Origin: Octopus bimaculoides
Lineage: Eukaryota
Length of the DNA stretch: 64,000 nt
Assembly: GCF_001194135.2 (NCBI RefSeq)
Contig: NC_069000.1
Span: 13,048,013-13,112,012, forward strand
Direction of reading: 5' to 3'
The position numbers and the translations under genes were made by a program. The notes beneath the pieces are model-generated. The model made no database searches. It was not told the origin of the DNA and saw nothing but the letters and a program-made list of their open reading frames with translations. This document shows, piece after piece, positions 1-13,569 of this stretch (its first letter is position 1; every line of letters begins with the position of its first letter).

Positions 1-33
<33 letters not shown>

Positions 34-46
34 TCATACATATACT

Positions 47-78
<32 letters not shown>

Positions 79-290
79 TTACATCCATACATACACATAT
101 ACATATGTTTGTATATGCATTTATATAAGTACATATATACATACACACATCGAAAACTGTTTATGTGTGAGTATGTATACATGCACAAACATATACATAT
201 ATATGTATGTACATGAATGCCAATAATTTTTAATATATATGTGTGTGTATGTGTGCATGTGTGAGTGCGAACGTGTGTAAATATATATGT

Positions 291-359
<69 letters not shown>

Positions 360-727
360 CATCCTTCATTTACATACATATCATGCGCTAATCACTCATT
401 TACATATATAATGAATATATCTGACATTCACACACATGCACCACACCCACACACCCACACACACACATGTACACATATATATGCATTACACTCAAGCGTA
501 GGCACCCACCTTTATACCAAATACGCATCCATACATCACTCATATTTTGGCCTATACGAAGCACACATCACCAACACACATCTTTTTATACATACAAACG
601 TAAACACGCACATCCCAACATAACTGATATCCTATAACAAGACCAACACATGTAACACATACTCATATATCTCACACAGATATATCGTACATTTGACGTA
701 CCTTATTAAAACACACACACGGCTTAA

Positions 728-1838
728 GCATAATAGCATCGATAAAGCAGCCAGTCTATGTTTATATACATCTTAAAGCGACCGTACATATAACACTAAT
801 GTTCGTTGATATTGTTAATTCTTTCAACGTGAATCGGTAAGCAATTGCTTACAATAAACTTGAGGCTGTTTAAAGCGACAAATATAAAATATAAAGAATG
901 TTTATAAACACTTGATACAGAGAAATTGCATAAATATAACACTAGGAGACGGTGTATAAATTTATGAGGGAAAACCTGAGTGTGTGCACGCGGGAAAAGT
1001 GAAGAGAAGTATATGGAAAATGTACGTGTTTTCATAGTCTACGCAATTAAGTAATTAGATTTAAAAGTTTAATAAAAACAAAATGAGTGTAAATCAAAAT
1101 GTGAATTTTTAGGTCTACACCATTCGAAGGCTGATTGGAATACCAACGAGGAATATCGATTAGTTCCGACTAGTATTTTCTTTATATTAATAAAAGCAAT
1201 GAGCACAAGAAGAAGACAACACGAGAGGGATAAGCTTTGACTAATGTCGTATTACTTTAACACTTAAAAGGAAAGGGAAATGTCTTGACGTTTCGGACGC
1301 CAGATTGTCATCAGAGGAGAGGTAGAAAAGAAAATAAACTAAAAGGAGAAAAGGTGGATGGAAAAATAATATCAATGAGAAAAGATGGTTGGGTAAAAAT
1401 TGGATTTCGTTTTGATGTTTCGGAAATTTAATATGATTTTATGACTAGTGTTGTGTTGTCGTATATACGTCACATAAAACTTGCGCTACAGGGGTATCCG
1501 TTGGAAAAATATATATCACTCTATGTAACTGTGACACTAAGAGAAAGGATTGTTTGTCTGTAAACGCAGTGCACCTTTTAGATCACTTATTACTCAAAAT
1601 CTCTGTGGATGTATCTTCACTCCTATACTGTACAAGGCAACGCATAATAGCATCGATAAAGCAACCAGTCTATGTTTATATACATCTTAAAGCGACCGTA
1701 CATATAACACTAATGTTCGTTGATATTGTTAATTCTTTCAACGTGAGTCGGTAAGCAATTGCTTACAATAAACTTGAGGCTGTTTAAAGCGACATGTATA
1801 AAATATAAAGAATGTTTATAAACACTTGATACAGAGAA
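728..1838 (+). repeat. 197-nt direct repeat (728-924 and 1642-1838)
   Basis: gcataatagcatcgataaagc...cttgatacagagaa is present twice with few mismatches. Confidence 0.9.
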
Positions 1839-1849
1839 CGTATCGGAAA

Positions 1850-2354
1850 CAACGCATCGGAAATGTGGAACTCAGAATCTAAAGATATACGCAAATTAGA
1901 GGATTTTGAAACGCATTGTTAACGCTGTTATACTTTTGGAAGACAGCAAAAACACTCCAATAAGAAATATATCGTTATATGACATGCACCATTGTTTGTG
2001 TCTTATGATACACAATGTATTATATGATATCTGATATGTTATATTACAATGTATTTATATGACAGATAAATTATCATGACATATAATGTCGGTTCAAGTA
2101 GAAAAATGTCCCCCTATAACTGTAAAGATGGTGGCCCACGAAGGCTTCCCAAACCTCAAACTAAATTAAGAAGTGAATCTTTTCAGACACGTGTAGGCAC
2201 AAGAGTTACTGACTGCATCAGTGACGTAAAGAGCCCACGATCGAAGAGGGTAGCGTTGAACCTGAATGCAGCACAGAGAGTAAGGGACCTCAAAGGACTG
2301 AATAACTCTGTCAAGAGAAGTAGTTGTGAACAGAGGCCGAGAGAAGATAAATGA
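1850..2354 (+). mobile_element. Degenerate RTE-like LINE fragment
   Basis: ASEMWNSESKDIRKLEDFETHC*RC resembles the RTE post-RT motif GSETW...DIRKLE.F..CLR. Later RLPK-like remnant. Confidence 0.4.
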
Positions 2355-2399
2355 GCACTAGTATCAAAGTAGTGGTGGTTGTCATTAATCTTTCATATT

Positions 2400-2705
2400 T
2401 GTTTAAATCACTGCACTTTGGCTATGCTAGGGCACCGCCTTGAACAAACCGACTCTTGGTATTTACTTTTTAGGCCGGCTCCTGATTCTGTCTGTCTTAC
2501 TTTTGCTGAACAGCTTTATCAGTGGTAAACAAGCTACACCGGTTGCCAAGCGGTGGTGAGGGACAAACACACATAGACAAATACATTTCTCTCTCTTCAC
2601 ACACACATATATATATATATATAAAGCCTTGTTAAAGAAAGTGAAAGAAGCTCGTCGTGTGTGTGTGTACATATACATAAATACATACATACATACATAC
2701 ATACA

Positions 2706-2748
<43 letters not shown>

Positions 2749-3050
2749 GAATACCAAAAATGGGACAAGAACGCAAAACATCCAGACAGATGATACAAAA
2801 GAGGGGCGACGAAACATCCTGACAGATGATACAAAAAAGGGACAACAAAATATCCAGGCACAGGATACAGAAAACAAAAAAAAAAAAACTTATATATGTA
2901 CACGCGGGACGAGCTTCTTTCAGTTCCTTTAAGAAGGTTTTGGTCGGCCTGAGGCTGTAGCAAAAGGAATTTACCTAATTTGCAACGCATTAGGATTGAA
3001 CCCTGAACTATGTTGTTGGGACGTAAACTTCTTACGACACGGCTACATCG
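2400..3050 (-). mobile_element. SINE family A, degenerate, with expanded internal microsatellites
   Basis: gagcttctttcagtt...ctttggtcggcctgaggctgtag and acaaacacacatag motifs. Confidence 0.7.
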
Positions 3051-3861
3051 GCGCTTACGTTTATGCTTTCTATTCTAAATTGTGTTTAACATTTTCTAAA
3101 TATTCTACTGCTGTTGCAGCAATTAATAACTTTGATATTTGTAACGAGTTAAAAGCTGTCCATGATGTTGAAATAGATATATTGAAATTATTAAATTACT
3201 AAACTGCTTTATTTTACATGCAATTCAGGAAGAGCAGACACATCACTTTATCACATGTGAATTTAAAATTTATAGTTGTACGCATGACATAGATTTTCCT
3301 TCGGTGCCATATAAAACGGTTAATTTACAGAGGGATAAATGCCTCTTATCATAATAAGCCGTCAAATATAATCAGTTTTAACATTATTATCCTATGATGT
3401 TTAACACCAGGAGGTAAACTAATAGGCTCTGGGATAATTCAGAATCAAGCTCCCTCCCCCATTCTCTCTCTCTCTCTCTCGCTCTCTCTTTCTCTCTGGT
3501 ATAGATCAAACTGTCTATCGTTTCTTATACTTTCGTCGTTCACAACTTATATATACCCCCAACAGGATATATGTAACCTTACCTATGTGCGTGCGCAAGT
3601 ATACACACACAAGCACACGTACGAAGGAACAGAAATACTCACAGACATAAATGCACGCATACGTTTTTTTTTTAAATATGTTTTTCTGATGTATTTAACC
3701 TTGTCAATCTTCTGTCTTAATTTCATTATTATATTAATTCTTAACTTAATTCTTCAGTCCTAATGTTTTTAAAATTAAACACTATACATTATGCTTCTCC
3801 CTCTCTCTCTCTCTCTCTCTCCCCTCTCTCTCCCCTCTCTCTCTCTCTCTCTCTCTCTTTC

Positions 3862-3905
<44 letters not shown>

Positions 3906-4074
3906 CCCCCTCTCTCTCTTTCTCCATCTATATCTCATAAATAAATGATAGAGGTCAACTGGAACATCACTGTTTCGACCCCTTGACATAACTGTTTCTA
4001 CAAAAGGAATTACTTTGAAGCTAGAAATATTCTTCTCATTGCCAAATCTTTCTGTCGATTCATAGCACATTGAC

Positions 4075-4154
<80 letters not shown>

Positions 4155-4425
4155 CTGTCTGTCAAATTATCTATCTATTTTCATCACTGTCTGCTACGCA
4201 TTTTTTCATCTCCCTCTTTCTTTTTCCTCCCTATCGCACCCTCTCTCTTTCTCCTTCTCTCTCTCCCGCTCTTCCTCTCTCTCTCTCTCTCTTTATCATG
4301 CCATTCATCTACTCTCACATTATCGATATACCACCATTTATACATTTTTATTTTCCTCTTCGTACACACATTCTATCTGTACACATATCTGACTTTCTCT
4401 CTTTCTCTCTGTCTGTTTTTTCCAG

Positions 4426-4676
4426 TCTACATGGAAGGAGACGGCTGCACGAGTCAAAGACTGACGGGAGCCACAGTGTTTTCACACCACAGAACAGCCA
4501 GTAAGAAACTATTCAAACACAAAACAGAATGTACAATGACGTTTTATGCCGCTATTAAAGGCTGGAAATTAATGCTTCGTATGATTGAGCTGGACATTCC
4601 AGACCGGACATCAAAAGGCATCTGTAATGATGCCGTCTACATTTATGACCACAAATCTGTTTATGCTAACGGCATG
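4426..4676 (+). CDS. Internal exon encoding most of a CUB domain (secreted or membrane CUB protein, possibly CUB-LDLa type)
   Basis: Pyrimidine tract plus ttccag acceptor ending 4425 and ATG|gtaagt donor at 4677. Open frame (V)YMEGDGCTSQRLTGATVFSHHRTASKKLFKHKTECTMTFYAAIKGWKLMLRMIELDIPDRTSKGICNDAVYIYDHKSVYANGM fits the CUB pattern C..S..C.(W/M)TI.A..G..L.L.F..LDI....C.D.L.IYD. Phase 1 in, phase 0 out. Confidence 0.8.
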
Positions 4677-5134
4677 GTAAGTGTTAGAAAATGAAAGATG
4701 CAAAAAAAAAAAAAAGAAAAAAAAAAGAAAGAAAGAAAAATGAAAAAAAGAAACAAAGAATGCTAATATAGCTTCATTCTTTGATTGATATCACTTTAAA
4801 CAGTTTGCTGCTTCTTTTATTTTCGTATTTCCGTGATTTCACATAAAAGATTGACTTCATTGTGTTATATAATTCTTTGACATGTATAGATGTTTCTCTT
4901 TTGTCTTTTAACTGTTATATCATTTACATTTATGTTGTTTTTGCTGTACCCTTGTTCCATAAACATTGTACAAAACTCTTTACCAGGTCAGGTCGGCTTT
5001 GCATTGACAGGAATCAAAACGAGAACTGGCGCGGTCAGTTTATTACGCAATGAATGTCTACTAACCATGAATCATTGAGATAACCTCCGCCCGCCCCCAT
5101 TTAATTACTGGTGTCTACTTTATTATTTATCCTT

Positions 5135-5525
5135 TTACTTCCTTCAGTCATTGCACGGTGGCCATACTGGTGCAATCGTCTTCGAATGTTTGTTTAGTCG
5201 AAACAATCGACCCTACAAATTATTTTATTCTTAAGCTTCCTACTTATTCAATCGGTTATTTTGCCGAACCGCTATGTTACTGCGACTTAAAACAAACCAG
5301 TTGTCAAGCGGTGGTCGGGAACAAAAACACACACACATACACATATGCACACATGCACACACATTATTATTATTATTGCTATTATTGCTATTATTATTAT
5401 TATTATTATTACATAAGGCGGCGAACTGCAGCTTATAATAGAAGACGCTTGCTGAACGTGCCATGCAGTAGTATTGAACTGGAGACCACGTGGCTACAAA
5501 ACGAGAGTCTTAACCATACCCCCAT
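5135..5525 (-). mobile_element. SINE family A, degenerate
   Basis: cagtcattgcacggtggccatactgg...ttttgccgaaccgct...gttgtcaagcggtgg. Confidence 0.7.
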
Positions 5526-5954
5526 GCAAACGCCTACAAATAGCTAAAAGCGCAAAAGTTCTCCTCGCCATAATTTTTCTTTTATTTTTATTTTGCCTCA
5601 AGTCAAATCGGATCAAATCGTGACTATACCGAAATATTTTCAGTAACAGTATGTTATGTCACAAGCTACTGCTATCTAGCACCTTCGGATGATCTCCACT
5701 CAACCGCTACACAACTGCTACTCGACTGCTACTCAACACTCCTACCACGGCCAGACTACCTCTATTAATATGTCTTGGGAGATCCTACTTCGCCTGAGGG
5801 CGTCGACACAACACAGTATATCAAAAACAGGCCAGTTTTTAAGCGGCAAAGAGTAAAATTCAATTTAGTTGTTATTTTTAGCAAGATGAGAGACGACAAA
5901 GAAATTTTTCACCCCACCTCTTCCCTGTACTTCTATCCTTTCTACTATAGAAAC

Positions 5955-6150
5955 ATGGTCTGAAATTTTGTAGGAGGGGACTAATGGGGTCGGCTACATC
6001 AACCCCAGTGCCCAACCAATACTTATTTTATCGACCTGGAAAGGATGAAAGGAAATTCAGCTTCGCAGTATTTGAACTCAAGACCTAAAGTCAGAAAAAC
6101 TGGCGCGAAGCACCTTGCCCAGCGTGCTAACGATTCTGCGCTCGCTTCGC
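5955..6150 (-). mobile_element. SINE family B (ggcgagctggcagaa...gagttcaaattccgccgaggtcgac)
   Basis: Reverse-strand match to the copies at 6996 and 38347. Confidence 0.75.
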
Positions 6151-6509
6151 CTTCCCGCATGTTCTCGTATAGATCCGAAACTTACATCATAAAACTCGTT
6201 AATGTTAATGAGATGAGAGATTGTTACATGATACCACTAGCTATATGGATAAAAAAGTAGCTATATTTAAATATCGTTCTCGGAATTCGCGAAATAAAGC
6301 AGATTATTAACAACAGATACCATAACATATGTCCCATTAGCCGATATTCCAATATTTCAAGCGTAACTATTAAAGCAATTTGTCTCTGCAAATGTACACA
6401 TTCGTAACTTTTTTGGCTATCTGTCTGACACCTTACCCTTCTCTCCCTGCTCCCACCCTCTCTTTTTTTTTGTGTGTATATATATTCACACACACACACA
6501 TAATTATAT

Positions 6510-6568
<59 letters not shown>

Positions 6569-6667
6569 GCATATGTAAGGCCTCGACAGAAAAAAAGGGG
6601 TATTAGTTATAGTACATTATTTTTTGCCGTCGAGCTAGACTATTTTCTGTAGCTTATAAGTTTAAAC

Positions 6668-6714
<47 letters not shown>

Positions 6715-6716
6715 AT

Positions 6717-6764
<48 letters not shown>

Positions 6765-6869
6765 TATTATTATTATTATTATTATTTACAGGATTTTCAC
6801 TGGTCACCTTTTCTAGTTTAATGCAGAATACGCATAAATGTATGTTATATGCTTTATTTATAACTTGTG

Positions 6870-6940
6870 AAGGTGCATGGCTCAGTGGTTATATAGTCGA
6901 ACTTACGACCGTGAGGTTGTGAGTTCGAATCCCGGACCTA
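6870..6940 (+). mobile_element. Isolated tRNA-derived SINE head (not a functional tRNA)
   Basis: A box TGGCTCAGTGG and B box GAGTTCGAATCC. No acceptor stem recognised. Confidence 0.6.
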
Positions 6941-6995
6941 CTGACAGAAACATCTCAGTAAAAACTTTGAAAAACTGTCGAAATATAAGGACCTT

Positions 6996-7212
6996 AAGGT
7001 GGCGATCTGGCAGAAACGTTAGTACAGCGGGGGAAGTGCGTAACGCTATTTCGTCTGTCTTTATGTTCTGAGTTCAAATTCTGCCGAGGTCGATCTTGCC
7101 TTTCATCCTTTCAGGGTCGATAAATTAAGTACCTGTTGCGTACTGGGGTCGATCGAATCGACTTGCCTCATCCCCCAAAATTTCGCGCTTTGTGCCTGGA
7201 GTAGAAAAGAAA
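6996..7212 (+). mobile_element. SINE family B
   Basis: ggcgatctggcagaaacgttag...gagttcaaattctgccgaggtcga...gtagaaaag. Confidence 0.85.
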
Positions 7213-7500
7213 TGTAAGGACCTTGATTTGAGACTTTCGGACATGGCAATTAAAAACCAAAACCATTCCTGTTGTTGTAGGTGCCCTGGGAATGATCAAG
7301 AAAAGTATTGACAATTTTTTTGACCAGATCCCTGGGAAGCCAACAATTTATGAGGCCCCACATCTTGTGTTGACGTCAACCACTCACGTTCTCAGGAAGT
7401 TTCTCTCCATCTAATATATATGTGCGTTAGGTCTCTGGTTGAGACCCGGTCAGAAGATGAAATAAAATGCAATTCAATAGGAAAATAATAATAAAATGAA
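7212..7500 (+). mobile_element. R4/Dong-type non-LTR retrotransposon 3' fragment
   Basis: Frameshifted K.KDL....WQLKTKTIPVVVGALGMIKKSIDNFFDQIPGKPTIYEAPHLVLTSTTHVLRKFLSI* matches the RLE-clade C-terminus. AAT-rich tail. Confidence 0.7.
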
Positions 7501-7514
7501 TATAATGACAACCT

Positions 7515-7716
7515 TTTCTACAAAAGGCACAAGGCTTGAAATTCGGTGGGAGGGGACTTGTTCGATTACATCGACGCCAGTGTTTCACTGGGACTTATTT
7601 CATCGACCCCGAAAGGATGAAAGGTAGAGTCGACTTCGGTTGAATTTGAACTCAATACGTAAAATGGACGAAATACTACTAAGCACTTTGCCCAACACGC
7701 TAACGATTCTACCGGC

Positions 7717-7718
<2 letters not shown>
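7515..7718 (-). mobile_element. SINE family B
   Basis: Reverse-strand copy forming an inverted pair with 6996-7212. Confidence 0.8.
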
Positions 7719-7775
<57 letters not shown>

Positions 7776-7778
<3 letters not shown>

Positions 7779-8016
7779 CACATAACAAATACATAACAAA
7801 ATATATAACAAATACATAACAAAAACACCAGGACATACAAATATATATATAACATACAGAAAATTGCACTACTGGGCACAGCACACATCCTACGCAAAAC
7901 ACTTTCAATACAGTAAACATAAGAGCATTACAGCAAACCACAGCACATACCCAAGGCGCACAGAGCTGCGCTCGGTAGTGAAGTGAAAGCACGTCATAAA
8001 AATAAAACTACTGAAC

Positions 8017-8056
<40 letters not shown>
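7776..8056 (+). mobile_element. R4/Dong-type 3' end inserted in a (TAA)n array
   Basis: IQKIALLGTAHILRKTLSIQ* then a 3' UTR. (TAA)n on both sides (7719-7775 and 8017-8056). Confidence 0.8.
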
Positions 8057-8059
<3 letters not shown>

Positions 8060-8743
8060 TCTTTCAGTGTTGCAGAGCCTGGGAGAGCAAACGTTTTTAG
8101 GGAAGAAGATAGAATTCGGTTCCCGAGTCTCTAACCCCTGATTGTGTTTCGTTTTTATAGAGATTTTCCTTCATTTAATCTGTTAATGGTCTTTATCGTT
8201 ACGAGTCTAATTCCCCGTCAAACGTAATGTGGGAATCTTATTCCTATGAAAGAAAATAATATTGCAGCAAAAGATATTTAACTTTTAAGTTTACTTATCG
8301 TCTTTGGAAATGTACTGTTTGATATACTTTAAAAGAGATTATAATATTTCTTAAAGCGTGATATAATCCTTTAAGTGTGTTCAATAAGATAAGAGTAAAC
8401 TAAAAGTAAAACAGAGTAGTGGACCATATAACCTTTATATAATCTAGATGTATTAGGTAAGTGTATTACATAAGTGGAGGTCAGAATGTCTAACATCTTT
8501 AGTGATTATTTTAATATAAATTGTTAATAACATAATATAGTGAGAATAGATAGGCTGCAGTTGGATATAGAACTGGAACACTTCTAACGATGTGACACAG
8601 CAGAAGTGTGAATTGGTTATATATAACTTGTGTGATGTCATTGAGTCACTGCCAGGAAACCGTGTGTTTGTATGTATGTATGTATGTATGTATGTATGTA
8701 TGTATGTATGTATGTATGCATGTATGTATGTGTGTGTGTGTGT

Positions 8744-8792
<49 letters not shown>

Positions 8793-9209
8793 AAATGTAG
8801 TTTTAATAATGGTTTCGAATTTTGGCACAAGGCCAGCAATTTCGTAGGGACGAATAATTCGATTATATTGAACCTCCTGCTCCGCTGGTACTTATNNNNN
8901 NNNNNNNNNNNNNNNNNNNNNNNNNNNNNNNNNNNNNNNNNNNNNNNNNNNNNNNNNNNNNNNNNNNNNNNNNNNNNNNNNNNNNNNNNNNNNNNNNNNN
9001 NNNNNNNNNNNNNNNNNNNNNNNNNNNNNNNNNNNNNNNNNNNNNNNNNNNNNNNNNNNNNNNNNNNNNNNNNNNNNNNNNNNNNNNNNNNNNNNNNNNN
9101 NNNNNNNNNNNNNNNNNNNNNNNNNNNNNNNNNNNNNNNNNNNNNNNNNNNNNNNNNNNNNNNNNNNNNNNNNNNNNNNNNNNNNNNNNNNNNNNNNNNN
9201 NNNNNNNNN

Positions 9210-9262
<53 letters not shown>

Positions 9263-10568
9263 TACACACATACACACACATATATATGCACATGGCAGAC
9301 TCAACCGCCGAAGACAACGAATGAACGTTCATCATTCGCCGAACGATCTGCACAAACGATTTGTTTATAGCGATCAAATGTTCGTGCCGCATATTAGCAC
9401 ACTCTCTCCATCGGGCCAGCGCTTATTCTATCATCGACCTTAATGTAGCTAACTGTTCAGGCCCCGCTCTAATTACAAACGCTAAGTCCTTTCTTTGGCT
9501 CTTTGGAATACTCTCTCTACTCAGAACGACGCAGATGTTGTCTTGCAAATGTTAAAAAAATAACATTAATGGTATCAGTCTCACCAGTCCTCTATGATTT
9601 GCTAGGGCCATGATCACATCTACCAAGTTAGAAGAAAATAAATACCATAGAATTATGGTAAGGATTTGAAGTTCCTCGACTTTCTTTAGTTCAATCTTCT
9701 ATAATCAATTGCTTAAATGTTTTTATATCATTTACATTATCAACTGTTACTATTCCTCTCTCTAACGCTTTATTATCTCTTAACACTACTCTCAGTGTTT
9801 CTCAGTCTGTCGCTACTTATGTAAGTTGTGTTGATGTCGTGACTATAAAACAGGACACTTGGCAATCTCAATTTGCCTAACATAGTTTCATTAAAAGTAC
9901 AACCAGTTGAATGAATTCGATATTTCTAGTAACCAAATTACGTGACCTGAACTTTCGCCGTCCTTAATACCAAAACCCTCGGGCTGGTGAAGACAGTAAA
10001 AAAAAAAAAAGAAAAGAAAGGAGGGAAGACACAGAAAAAAGGGTAACAAAAAAAGAAAGGCCATTATATTTTCTTCAGTACTTCATTTCTTTAACTGGTT
10101 GGTATTTATTCTCAGTTACCAAATATCATGAATGATGGAAGATTAGACACAGCTAATGATGAGATTCAAACACAGAAGCAGAATTGGTCCAGCATTGGCT
10201 TATAAACTCTCTCAGAACACACAAACACAAGCACATACAAACACGTACTTAAGCGTGCGCGCACACACACACACATGCACACACACACACACACATGCAC
10301 ACGAATATGCATTTAAAAGTACATTAACACATGCATACGCGCAAACAAGCATTCAAGATGAACATAACATACATACATACATACATATATATATACATAC
10401 ATACATGCATACACACATACATGCAGACACACACACATCTCACTCTCCCACCTTTCTCTTTTTTCTCTCTCCTCTTCTTTCTCTTTTACTCTCTTTCTCA
10501 CTCTATCTTTCTCTCTTTATTCCTCCTTTATTCCCTTTACATCTCTCTCACTGACTCATGTATGTGTG

Positions 10569-10653
<85 letters not shown>

Positions 10654-10881
10654 GTGTGTATGTATATGTGTATGCGTTTATATGTGTGTGTTGGGGGTGT
10701 TATAGTTGTCTAGGGACATAGATTGGCACAGAAACATAAAACAAAAAAAATAAGTGGGAACTGGGTAGTGATTTCAGTCTTGTTTTTGTGTGTTCTTCTA
10801 AAAGAATGAGAAGTATGAACGTGTTACTGTATTCAAGGTGAAGATCTGATTGGTTCTGGCATAAAGGAGTGATTGTCTTAC

Positions 10882-10923
10882 CTTGGCGCTACCCACTCGT
10901 GATTCCAACGCTTCTTCTGACAT
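10882..10923 (-). CDS. Candidate start exon MSEEALESRVGSAK
   Basis: gaaaATG context with an in-frame upstream stop, 14 codons, strong donor AAG|gtaaga (phase 0). Sits at a contig edge. Confidence 0.3.
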
Positions 10924-11200
10924 TTTCTATCACACTTTTCCGTTTCTNNNNNNNNNNNNNNNNNNNNNNNNNNNNNNNNNNNNNNNNNNNNNNNNNNNNN
11001 NNNNNNNNNNNNNNNNNNNNNNNNNNNNNNNNNNNNNNNNNNNNNNNNNNNNNNNNNNNNNNNNNNNNNNNNNNNNNNNNNNNNNNNNNNNNNNNNNNNN
11101 NNNNNNNNNNNNNNNNNNNNNNNNNNNNNNNNNNNNNNNNNNNNNNNNNNNNNNNNNNNNNNNNNNNNNNNNNNNNNNNNNNNNNNNNNNNNNNNNNNNN

Positions 11201-11276
<76 letters not shown>

Positions 11277-11711
11277 CTATATATGCACATATATATATAC
11301 ACACTGACACACTCATACACACATGCAGATTTATATTTAAGTTTACATATATACTTATATGCTTATATGTGTGTGTGTGTATTTGTATGTATATATCTGA
11401 CATTTTCTATCACACTTTTCCGTTTCTATCACTTCCAGCACAACAATCACACACACACACACACACGCACACAAACATAGATATACAAGTTTACATGTAT
11501 ACGTATATGTTTGTATATGTCTGCATGTATATATATATATATGTACGTATACATAACATACGTGTTTTTATATGTATGCACATATTTGTTGATACATATA
11601 TATATATATGTGTGTGTGTGTATGTATGTGTATATATGCATATGTATATATATATGTATATGCATGTATATAAATATATGTATATACATATATGTGCATA
11701 CATATATGAGT

Positions 11712-11764
<53 letters not shown>

Positions 11765-12168
11765 TGTGTGTGTCTAAGACCAGCTGGCAGAACCGTTTGA
11801 ACACCGGGCAAAATACTTTGTAGCATTTCACCCTTTTATACGTTCTGAGTTAAAATTCCGCCAAAGTTGGCTTTACCATTCATTCTTTCGTGGACGATGA
11901 TATAGGCACCAGTCATGTACTGTAGTCGACGAAAGCAACTAGCCNNNNNNNNNNNNNNNNNNNNNNNNNNNNNNNNNNNNNNNNNNNNNNNNNNNNNNNN
12001 NNNNNNNNNNNNNNNNNNNNNNNNNNNNNNNNNNNNNNNNNNNNNNNNNNNNNNNNNNNNNNNNNNNNNNNNNNNNNNNNNNNNNNNNNNNACCCACAAA
12101 ATATATCAAGCCTAATATAGTAGTAAAGAGACTGATAGATACAGACAAACAGGCAGACAGACAGTTAA

Positions 12169-12242
<74 letters not shown>

Positions 12243-12454
12243 TCTCCACCCATGACCTCATGGTAGAATCTACAATTTATTCGATCAGAATCAGATTTCG
12301 GCCATAGCCCCTGTTTTCTGACACAGAAAATTTGTGGCTAGATAGATAAATAGATAGATATACACACAGAACCACACATATATATACATCATATTCCTTC
12401 GTATATGTAAGTCATATGTATCATTATATTGTATATATCGTATTAGGTTATCAT

Positions 12455-12590
12455 TTTTAATCGATAGGTTACAAAATCGAGTCAAACGCCGCTAGTTTTT
12501 GCGCATGACGCGCATCAAGCTTGATAAGTGCTACGAACGAAACACTCCGCCTTTGTGTAATTTTTGTAATTTTTTGTTGATTAAAAGCGG
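12455..12590. promoter_or_regulatory. CpG-enriched promoter-like patch
   Basis: ATCGATA (DRE-like) and GCGCATGACGCGCAT (NRF1/CRE-like) in otherwise AT-rich DNA. Confidence 0.25.
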
Positions 12591-13211
12591 TAATAATGTA
12601 TATATGTAAATTTCAAATTTGTCCTGTTTATTCAACCAAACCTATATCATATAGTATGCACACACACATACACACACACTACACGTAGTAAACACAGACG
12701 AACACTTATTGGATGCCGAGTTCACACACTCTTCTAAACGGTGTATAGTTCCTTATTTAACTCACTGCCGAAGAACACCAACGATGTTATTCTGTTGTAA
12801 ATGAATGTCTTCATATACAGCAGTTTGTCGCCATAACCTTGACCTTGCAATGGTGGCTCGCTTAATGTTCGATGTAGTTCAGGTTTGTATTGTAGTTTAT
12901 AGGGATATGGAAACGTTTATGTACATAACTTCTATTCACATTCGTCTTAAATCATAAAAAAAAATATCAATGGAAATATGGTTACTAATATCCTATCACA
13001 ATATATTAATACATAACCCCCACCCACACATAGATATATAAACATACACAAACAGATATACATATATGTGTGTGTATAACATAAATATAAATATGCATAT
13101 ATATCCATATATATATATGCATATATATATAGATAGATAAGATAGATAGATAGATAAATGTATATGTTCATATATGAAGCATAACAAACGTCATATAGGT
13201 ATATATATATG

Positions 13212-13254
<43 letters not shown>

Positions 13255-13538
13255 NNNNNNNNNNNNNNNNNNNNNNNNNNNNNNNNNNNNNNNNNNNNNN
13301 NNNNNNNNNNNNNNNNNNNNNNNNNNNNNNNNNNNNNNNNNNNNNNNNNNNNNNNNNNNNNNNNNNNNNNNNNNNNNNNNNNNNNNNNNNNNNNNNNNNN
13401 NNNNNNNNNNNNNNNNNNNNNNNNNNNNNNNNNNNNNNNNNNNNNNNNNNNNNNNNNNNNNNNNNNNNNNNNNNNNNNNNNNNNNNNNNNNNNNNNNNNN
13501 NNNNNNNNNNNNNNNNNNNNNNNNNNNNNNNNNNNNNN

Positions 13539-13569
<31 letters not shown>

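Noticed and set aside
2076-2354. 92-aa ORF as a host gene
   Set aside because: Better explained as a decayed RTE-like remnant continuing the 1850-1950 motif.
10917-11427. 31-nt duplication across the 10948-11200 gap (similar echo at 25.7/25.9 kb)
   Set aside because: It ends exactly at a contig edge, so it is most likely an assembly overlap artefact.
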